Source: Mytilus edulis
Lineage: Eukaryota
Assembly: GCF_963676685.1 (NCBI RefSeq)
Contig: NC_092357.1
Coordinates: 43,214,001-43,278,000, forward strand
Direction: 5' to 3'
Length of the DNA stretch: 64,000 nucleotides
Shown one piece after another: positions 54,298-64,000 of the stretch. The notes beneath the pieces are model-generated. The model worked only from the letters and a program-made list of their open reading frames with translations, had not been told where the DNA came from and searched no databases. The stretch's first letter is position 1. Each line of letters opens with the position of its first letter. The position numbers and the translations under genes were made by a program.

Positions 54298-57200
54298 TCA
54301 AACATGACCCATCAATAACAAAAGCATATGATGTAGAATGTGTCTCTTCATCATATCTACCACAGATCTATGTCCATTATCAATTGCAATGTTTAAAGGG
54401 AATTTCCCATCAATTTTACATATGCCTGTGTTTGCTCCTTTCTCTAACAATAAATGTACAATTTCACTATGTCCTAGTTCGCATGCATAAAACAATGGCG
54501 TGGTGCCATCTTCTTTTTTCAAACTGATGCTAGCATGGTGATCCAGAAGACAACTGACTACTTCTTTCCAACCCATGAAACATGCAATGTGTAACGGAAA
54601 AGAACCAGCTACTACATCAAAGGCATAATCTGCTGACTTCCTACTGACATAATCTTTTACATTTGATGACCTATTATTTGCAAGGCAATCAAAACAATCT
54701 TGTTTTACTTTGTCTATTGTTGTCGTTGCATGGTAACTAAATTTATCGGCTATAGACTGTTTCCGATGGATACAACTTTTGCTGTTAGCATTGTTCTCTA
54801 AAAGTAACCGAGTTATTTCTACATTTCCATTAAGTGAACTGAAAAATAAAGCATCACCGCCACCATTTGTCTGGGCATTAATGTTCGGTTTCGGGTTATG
54901 TTGAATCAACAGTTGTACTATACTGGTGTTGTTTGTTGCACATGCTGTGATCAGTGGTGTAAAGCCATCTTTTCTACATAGATTAATGTTAGGGTTCTTC
55001 TGTAATAGCAACTTTACTATATTAGTATGTTCGTTTTGAATTGCCATTAATAAAGGACTACAGCCAGTATTGTCACATAGATCAACGTTAGGATCATTCT
55101 CTAACAGCAACCTTGCTGTAGCAGTATATCCAATCATAATTGCCATTAAAAGAGGACTACTACCATCAGCGTTAGATAGATCAACGTCAGCATTCCACTC
55201 TAACAGTAACCTTACTACATCAGTATGCCCAAACGAACTTGCCATTATCAGAGGACTACTGCCATGAGTGTCACATAAATTAATATTAGCATTCCCCTCT
55301 AACAGTAACCGTACTATATCAGTATGACCATTTTGACTTGCCATTATCAGAGGACTATACCCATCTTTATCACACAGGTCTCTGTTAGGACTTTTCTCTA
55401 ACAGTAACCTTAGTATACCAGTGTGTCCTTTCATACTTACCATATACAATGGACTGCAGCCATTAATGTTACATAGGTCAACATTAGATTTGCTTTCTAA
55501 TAGTAACCTCACTATATCAGTATGTCCTTTTGCACTTGCAATCAACAAAGGACTACAGTGTTCTCTATTACAAAGATTAACATTGGGGTTCCGCTCTAAA
55601 AGATCTCACTACACCAGTATGTCCGGTTGTACTTGCCATGAACAGAGGACTACACATATCTTTATCACAAAAATTGACATTAGGATGCTTCTCTAATAGC
55701 ATGCTCACAATAGTTGTTTTCCCTTGATAACTTGCGATGGCAAGTGCAGTAACCTTATCTGTGTTAAATAGATTAATATTAGGTTTTCTCTCTAAGAGCA
55801 ATCTTACTACATTATCGTGTCCTTCTTGACTTGCTACGTACAGAGGACTACTTCCATTTTTTGTGCATAAATCAATATTAGCGTTATACTCCAATAGCAT
55901 ACTTACAAAAGACGTATTCCCTTGAGAACATGCAATAATCAGTGCAGTGGCCCCATCCGTGTCACATAGATCAACATTAACGTTCTGTTTTAACAGTAAC
56001 CTAACTATATCAGTATGCCCAATCCGAATTGCAACGTACAAAGGACTACAGCCTTTGGCACATATATTAACGTTAGGATTCTTCTCTAATAACATACTCA
56101 CAAAAGAAGTGTTTCCTTGAAAACATGCAAGTGTCAGTGCGGTAGCCCCATATGTGTCACATAAATCAATATTAGCGTTCTTCTTTAACAGCAACCTTAC
56201 TATAGCAGTATGTCCATTCCGAATTGCAACGTGGAGAGGACTACAGCCATCATTGTCACATAGATTAATGTTTGGACTCTTCTTTAATAGCAATCTAACT
56301 ATTTCAGTATGCCCTGCACGACTGGCTACATAAAGAGGACACGTTCCATTTTCAAAGTAACATGGATCAAGGACCAGTTCTGACAGAGACTCTCCAAACG
56401 TTTTATTTACAAATTGCCTAACTGTACTAAAAAGACTGTAGTCAATATTGACACATATATTTATATTAGGATTTCTAGCTAACAACATACGTACTATATC
56501 AAAATGCCCATTATCACATGCTACGAACAAAGGACTAAGACCATAAATGTTACATTGATCGATACAAGGATTACTTTGTAAAAGCAACCTTACTATGTTA
56601 GTATGTCCTCCCATGGTTGCTACGAGCAGAGGACTAAATCCTTGAATGCAACATACATCAACTTTATGGTTCTCTTTTAATAACAACCGAACTATATCAA
56701 TATGTCCTTTCATACTAGCTGCTAATAGGGGACTTAAACCGTTAAGGTCACACAACGGTTCCTTTGTAACAGCATCCTTACTATATCAGTATGTCCATTT
56801 ATACTTGCTTTGAACAATGGACTACTGTCATTTGTGTCGCATAGATCAATGTTCGGATTTTTCTTTAATAACATGTTCACAATATCAAGATACCCTCCCT
56901 CACATGCAAAACTGAGTGCAGTGATCCCTTGATTGCTACACAGATCAACATCAGGATTCTTCATCAAGAGCAGCCTCACAATGTCAGTATGTCCCTTCTG
57001 ACTTGCAACTAATAAAGGACTACAGTAAATAATGTTACATCAATCAACATTAGCATTTCTCTCTAACAGCAATTTTACTACATCAGTATGCCCATTCTGA
57101 CTTGCAATGTACAAAGGACTACATCTGTCATTGGTACATAGATCAACATTAGCATTCCTCATTAACAACAACCGTACTATATCAGTATGGCTATGCCGAC

Positions 57201-59554
57201 TTGCTATGTACAGAGGACTACACCCACCTTTGTCATAAAGATCCACATTAGGGTTCCTCTCTAAAAGCAACATTACTACATCAGTATGTCCTTCTTGACT
57301 TGCCATGTACAAAGGACTACAGCCACTTTTGTCACATAAATCAACGTTAGGATGTTTGTGTAATAACATATTCACAATAATTGTATACCCTTTATAACTT
57401 GCCCTGTTAAGTGCAGTGACCCCATGTATGTTACATAGATCAACTTTAGGGTTTCTCTCTAGCAGTAACTTTACTATATCAGTATGCCCATTCTGACATG
57501 CCATGTACAGGGGACTATATCTATTATGGCTGCATGGATCAACATTAGCTCTCCTCTCTAAAAGCAACCTCACGATATCAGTATGTCCATTCTGACTTGC
57601 AGTCAAGAGACAACTATAGGAATATTTGTTACATAAATCAACATTAGGTTCCCTCTCTAAAATCAACCTTACTATATCGGTATGTCCTTCTTGACTAGCC
57701 ATGTAGAGTGGACTATAGCCTTTATTGTCAAATGAATCAACATTAATATTCTTGTCTAATAAAATTTTCACAATTGGAGTATACCCTTTATAACAAACCT
57801 TGGTTAGTGCAGAGACCCCAAGATTAGTACATCAGGATTCTTCTCTAACATCAACCTTACTATAAAAGTATGTCCCTTCTGACTTGCCATAAGTAGAGCA
57901 TTTCTACCATTATTATTACATAGAACAATATTAGGATTCTTTTCCAACAACAACCTTACAATACCAGTATGTCCTTTCTGACATGCCAGTAACAGAGGAC
58001 TGCTGCCATTATTGTTACATAAATCTACGTTAGGATTCCTCTTTAACAGCAACCTAACTATAGACGTATGTCCTTTCTGACTTGCCATTAATAACGGACT
58101 ACATCCACTTTTTTCACATAGATCAACATTAGGATTCTTCTCTTATAACATACTCACAATAGCAGAATAACCTTTACAACATGCCATGTTCAGGGCAGTG
58201 ACCCTGTCATCTTTATAATAATCCACATTGACTTTATTATCTAACAACCACGGTATCATATCTTTATATCCATCGCGACAAGTCAATATTAGAGGAGTAG
58301 TACCTGATCCACATTCCTTATTTGATATCACTACATCTTTGGTATTAGCCAATTTTATTTGTTGGTCTTTGTCCAGTTGTATTAAATACTGTAGTAACTG
58401 TTGTCTAAATGATAATGCTTTCATATTAGTGCTACTAAATACTAATGCTACTATTCCTACTAACCAGTTCTCTATCAACCTTTTCAAATATATATCTAAA
58501 TATTTATCATGTATTTCAATAATGAAGTCTATTTTTTCCACTTTGTCATCTTGTGATTTGATCCAAAGAAAACGTTCGGTTACAAAACAACTATCACCAT
58601 GTTCTATCAAACATTCAATCATTTTCTGACCAAAGAAATAAGCAATGAAGTCAAAAAGTTTATCATGTAAAATACTATAAACTCCATTCTCTTTACACGT
58701 GAATGTGCCATCTAGAGATTCTAGTGCCACTTTAAGTTCTGTCTTTGATGTACTTCTGTTCAATTTACAAGCCTCACATGTATCTTCTATGATCTGTCGT
58801 TGTTCATCAGTAACCTTACCCTGGAACCATTTCTCTAATAGTCGATTATTAAATAAAACACATAAAGCAAGACTGCAAATTTTATGTTTTCCTTCATCTC
58901 CATGTCTACCTAAATTGTCTAACTCTTTTTTATAGATATCAAAAGGAATTCTGAAAAATTCTTTGATATCTGTACCTTTGTTTTCATGATAAAGAGAACA
59001 TAAAAGAGGGAAGAATTCACAATGCTTTGCGATTTCTTTAAGATTCTTACTATTTGTACCAATATACTTTAATTTTTTGTTTTCTGTAAGACATAATTCA
59101 TCCGATATTAAGTTACATTCGCAAAGTATAAAAGGGGATAACATTACAAATTTATCATCTTTAAAAACTTGTAATCTACAACATACAATCACCTTACAGC
59201 ATTTGTCTGCCATAATTGTTTTTATCACAGGTAGCAGTTGTTCCCAGGTCTCAATCTGTTGTTGGTTGGCAGTAAACTTTCCACAAATATCATCTACAAT
59301 GAAGACTGTCTGTTTACCAGGTTGGTAATAATCTCGTATATCAGTTGGTGAATAAACTGGAAATATTGTGTATCCCTCCTTCTGTAAAACCAGTGCAGTA
59401 TGTCTAGCGATAAACGATTTTCCTACTCCTGCTGGGCCAGTTAAGGTCCCACAGCTGTTATCTTGTAAACATTTGATAACATGATCACTAGCTCTTGTAG
59501 TCACAAACATCTGATCTGTTCTTTTCCAATCTTCAACTTGTTTATTTATCTGAT
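54298..59554 (-). pseudogene. Paralog C, exon 5 (nSTAND3-like NTPase plus ankyrin array), disrupted
   Basis: In-frame TAA at 58143-58145, 10-nt deletion at ~57829, in-frame TGA at 57040-57042, 10-nt deletion at ~56749 and 2-nt deletion at ~55602. The NTPase part is open. Confidence 0.88.
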
Positions 59555-60135
59555 CTAAATTATGTGAGTAAATGTCATTTTGAAATAACTGTAAACACAT
59601 CTTGCCAAAAAAATATGGTTTTACTTAATAAAAATACAAACTAATTTGATTTATACTTAAACTACAACTTAAACATGTTGTACTGACTACTGACATATTT
59701 CTCTAATTTTTGTGCTTTACTCACATTTTTTTAACGGTGTGAGAAAAAACATTTTTCCTCGTTTTTTTTTCATAGATTGTTAATTTTAGTTCTTTTAAGG
59801 TATGTATCTTTTTTATTTCCGCATCAACTTAAAAGGGAAGACATAGTTCTTTGAAATGAAGTTTAACCGAGACAAAAATGTGCCTAACCCAAGTCATCCT
59901 TGTCAACTTTATGTTACTGTTTTATTTCATGATTTCAGTGGCGCATCAATATACTCCAAATGTGTCTACAGTCTTTTTTCTGTAGAGCTTGACATATAAC
60001 ATAGACACATGTATGTTTGTTAAGACTAGTTTGGACGGGCTGCTGTCTTATTTACAATATCCCAATGTTTCCTTTCATGTACATATTTGTTTTGATAACC
60101 TTATTTTCCAAAAACCATGCTCCCAACTCCGTATA

Positions 60136-60311
60136 CTGTAAACCAACTTATTTTCGCGGCTACTTAATTTCGCGATTTTCAAATTTATTTGATGTAGTTT
60201 AATAAGGAAAGATCCAAGTTTTGCATATTCGCGACGATTTATATTCGCTTTAGTTTTCTACTCGCGAAAGTCGCGAAAATAAATCACTCGCTAAAATAAG
60301 TTGGTTTACAG
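60136..60311. mobile_element. Tc1/mariner(pogo)-type MITE, 176 bp
   Basis: TIRs ctgtaaaccaacttatttt / aaaataagttggtttacag, flanked by TA. Confidence 0.82.
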
Positions 60312-61190
60312 TATACAATTCCGTTACAACAAAGCCTTCCTTTAGAACACATTTTTACAGTCTTTATATAATCTCACAAAAATAGTCCAACTTTTACTAA
60401 AAGATGGAAAAATTCTTTCCTCAAGAGATTAAAATTTTTACCAATTTGCAAAACACAAATAATGAACCTTTAAAGAGCATCTTTATCAGTATGTTTTAAT
60501 AAGAGTTTTTTTTACAAACCACAGCTTATATATAAAGCATATATAATATTGGTTGTAGCATATATCTTTACTTGTTTGTCTATAGACCCTATATAATTGC
60601 TTCTTGGTTTTATAAGATATGGGATGGCTCTTATCTTCATCTATGATGCAAACTGACATATCAGTATCAGGGCTAAACATAAGGACTTACATATATACAA
60701 ATTTGTCTTGGTGTAACAATAGAGTTGGTTCAAGACGGGTAAATATTGACCCTTAAATTCCGTGACTTAAACTAGAGTAACAATTATAAACATTTGAGGA
60801 TTAAATACGAAAAATATATCTAAAACCTGTAAAAATAAAAACTCCCTGACTCATTCATGATGTTTGAATGACGCCATTGTTGTGTACTCAAATAAAGAAA
60901 ATCATAATTTTGAATAATAATTTGCTTTAATTGTAATAGTTTTGCTTCAAACAGAATGAGCTAAATGTAGGGACCACCATAATGTGTTTGTGTATCTGAC
61001 CAATATTCATCTCTTTATAACAATTATAGTATTGTCTAAGGTGTGGTTAATGTTTTACAGAAGGAAATAGATACAACACATTACATTTGCTTATTTAAAA
61101 TCGTTAATAAAGCGAGACTGAATGCATGCTTCATCAGTCACTCGATTCATCACTCAGACAAAATTTCATTATACGTAATAGGACAAAGTC

Positions 61191-62316
61191 GTTAAATTTA
61201 TAGATCAGCAATTATCTTGGTATTTAAAAAATATGATCGTCAAAAATTATCGCATATTACAAATGTTGTATGTTGCTATACGTGGTATTGGTCAACCAGT
61301 TCGTGATTGTGTCCCTTCGAATTTGTATTGTCGAGATCAGTCGTTCTCTCTCTCTTAACCCCGATGGAACATTTGTTCTCAGTGTCATCAGCACATTCGT
61401 GGTATTGACGTCCGTTTAATATTAATGTTGATATTGAGAAACACATCATATATGATATGGAAACGCATATGAAGCGATCCGTTTCCCATATACCTGGTGA
61501 CAAATCGTCCATTATCAGTTCAATATCAGTTCAAACATCAAGATATGATGCAGATCGATTAGTTTCGACAGTACATCTATTTCAAGCTGAGATATATGTA
61601 ATGCAACCGTTCACTGAAATTTGGGTTAATGATTGATAAGACATTACTAATATATTTGAGAATAAAATTAAAGAACATAGCAAGACGCTTTTACTTGGGG
61701 TATTTTTTTATGACTTCAGGAGTTATTATGTACTCATTTGACAAGTTATAGGCACTCCAAAAACATATTATTGGGTAAGTACATATAATCGGTCTGTAAA
61801 AGTAAAATAACAAAATTACTGACCTCCAGTGAAAATCCAAAACGAAAAAATCTTTACAAATAATAAAATAAAAAGCTCAATCACATCAAACGAATGGAAA
61901 AACAACTGTCATATTCCTTTTGTTACAGGCATTTCTTTATGTCGAAAATGATGGATAAAATCTGGTTTTATAACTAGCGTAACCTCTTACTTGTATGACA
62001 CGGTTTTCTCATTTGTTTCTAATGTGGTATAACAAAATCAAATAATATATAGACTTAAGATGTGGAATGACTGCCAATAAGATAACTCTCTTCAAGAGAC
62101 CAAACAACACAGATGCTGATGACATTGAGAACAAATGTTCCATCGGGGTTAAGAGAGAGAGAACGACTGATCTCGACAATACAAATTCGAAGGGACACAA
62201 TCACGAACTGGTTGACCAATACCACGTATAGCAACATACAACATTTGTAATATGCGATAATTTTTGACGATCATATTTTTTAAATACCAAGATAATTGCT
62301 GATCTATAAATTTAAC
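61191..62316. repeat. Near-perfect 203-bp inverted repeat (61191-61393 / 62114-62316), 720-bp spacer
   Basis: Direct reverse-complement reading; only 1-2 differences seen. Confidence 0.9.
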
Positions 62317-62463
62317 TATGTGTCACCGTACGGCCTTCAACAACGAACAAAACCCATACCGCATAGTCAGCTATAAAAGGCCCCGAAATATCAGATGTAA
62401 AACAATTCAAACGAGAAAACTATATACAAATTTAAATTAGGACAATTGTGGACAGCACATTAC

Positions 62464-62538
62464 CTCTGATGTTCTTAGGAATCACTTCGACCTGCATCAT
62501 TTTTAATGCCTCAATTTCCGTCAATAGTTCTTCTTTTG
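62464..62538 (-). CDS. Paralog C, coding exon 4 (KEELLTEIEALKMMQVEVIPKNIR); upstream exons lie beyond the window
   Basis: AG at 62539-62540 and GT at 62462-62463, 75 nt. The gene is probably a pseudogene or truncated. Confidence 0.8.
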
Positions 62539-62986
62539 CTGAAAAAAAGTATTTTCTGTCAAATGCATTCCATCCACTTATGAGAACAATACTAGTATTA
62601 GATTTGAAACAATTTTGCTAAAAACAATGCAGTGAACTTTTAAACTGCATTTTTTTCTTTTCAAGACAATAGGTTTTACACGCCTATGCTTAAGGAACAC
62701 TTTTATCAAACCCGTGAATCTAAATTCAAAATTTGGATATTGTTCTAACATGATTTTTTGTAATAACATTATATAAGATTGATACCCATGATATGAAAAC
62801 TTTATTTCTAAGGCAGCAATAATCTTTCAAACTGACTCGTTAAACATATTGCAGGTGTAAGTAGCACCCAAACTAAACTGTTTACACTCAGGGGGGAAAC
62901 GTAATATCTAACTACTCACAGCAATATGTAATGATACATTAACATAACTACCAATAATGCGGGTAATATACTCGTCTTTATATTAA

Positions 62987-63657
62987 AGGGGCAATAGCAA
63001 CAAAATATAAAAAATATGATTTTTTTTTTGTTCAATCATAAATGAAAGTGAAATTGTGAAATAATAATTAGCTTTAAGCAGCCAGGTTTGTTCAATTTTG
63101 TCAAAATAAATTTAGAAACATCGCTAATGAAATATTCACTTGCTTGTGAATAATTAGACGTCATTGAGTCCGTATTCATGTGACCTTCAATTCGCCCCTT
63201 TAGCTAGAGATATGTTTTGCATTTATAAGTCGTGTCCAGCCATTTAAAGGAAAATAATTTCAACATTAAAAATTAAACAAAGGTGAACCATTTCGTTGAC
63301 CGATTCGATCCACAAATAATAATTCTTATACGATGATTAACTAATTTTTATAACCTATAACATGAAATGAAACAGGCCTAGAATAGTCCAATTGCACGAG
63401 GTCACTATCTACTTATATTTATGTTTATGTTTGTATCGGGTTATGTGATCGTCATCATCTTCGGAGGTCATATCGATGGTTAATAGATGGAGTCTTAACT
63501 AAAATAAACACACAATGCGGATATATATCAAATCTATGCCTTTTTAATTGTTTCTTTCAGATTTATTGTAAGTTGGATAAACTTTTAATTATGTTATAAA
63601 TCAAATATGAGAATTTGAGTCAAATAGGTGAATATGAGTTTAACAGCTAATGCCCCT
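62987..63657. mobile_element. Kolobok-like non-autonomous TIR element, 671 bp
   Basis: TIRs aggggcaatagc / gctaatgcccct, flanked by TTAA and TCAA. Empty TTAA site at 1083-1086 in paralog A. Confidence 0.78.
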
Positions 63658-64000
63658 TCAAGTACTATAATTAACGTAAACTAAATGAATCTTATTTACA
63701 TGATTTTTTATTTGTTGTTATTGGATTTGAACTAGCTGGCAGTAACTGAGAGTACTCTCAAATCTGTTCTCAGTGATTTTTTATTTGTTGAAGGGGTGAG
63801 GGATGGATAAATACTCCACCCCGTCCGGTCTACGTCGGTGTTTTTGTTTGATGTTTTTCTGGTTTGCATCGATCTGATGCATTAAGCATTTTTCAACTGT
63901 TTTAATATATAGTCTGGTCATGTGTTGTGCTGCTACACCACTGTCCAAGTTTAAGGGAGGGTTAAGCGCTCACAAACATGTTTAATCCCCGCCACATTCT

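Noticed and set aside
1-64000. Prokaryotic defence-island interpretation
   Set aside because: GT-AG introns with consistent phases, low coding density and metazoan repeat families indicate an animal genome.

Overview
AT-rich, intron-containing animal genomic DNA. The repeat families and gene family look like a bivalve, most likely Mytilus (inference). The window holds three head-to-tail paralogs on the minus strand, with periods of 25,236 and 33,960 bp measured at the last-exon acceptor. Each encodes an NLR-like protein: DZIP3-type HEPN (putative RNase, intact R-x4-H in A and B) - coiled coil - nSTAND3-like P-loop NTPase - about 38 Cys-rich ankyrin repeats. Copy A runs off the left edge. Copy B is complete (5 coding exons, about 2002 aa if one extra A in an A9 run is removed). 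Copy C runs off the right edge and carries 2 nonsense codons and 3 frameshifting deletions. The paralogs are patchworks of near-identical and diverged tracts and differ in ankyrin unit content. Introns and spacers contain hammerhead-ribozyme retrozyme-like repeats (one with an intact core), a decayed split-direct-repeat tyrosine-recombinase retroelement with a 24-bp minisatellite inside, several MITEs whose empty sites are visible in the paralog, Helitron-related HINE/DINE-like repeats, a 43-44 bp satellite and a 203-bp intronic inverted duplication. All identities and family assignments are by eye; no searches were run.
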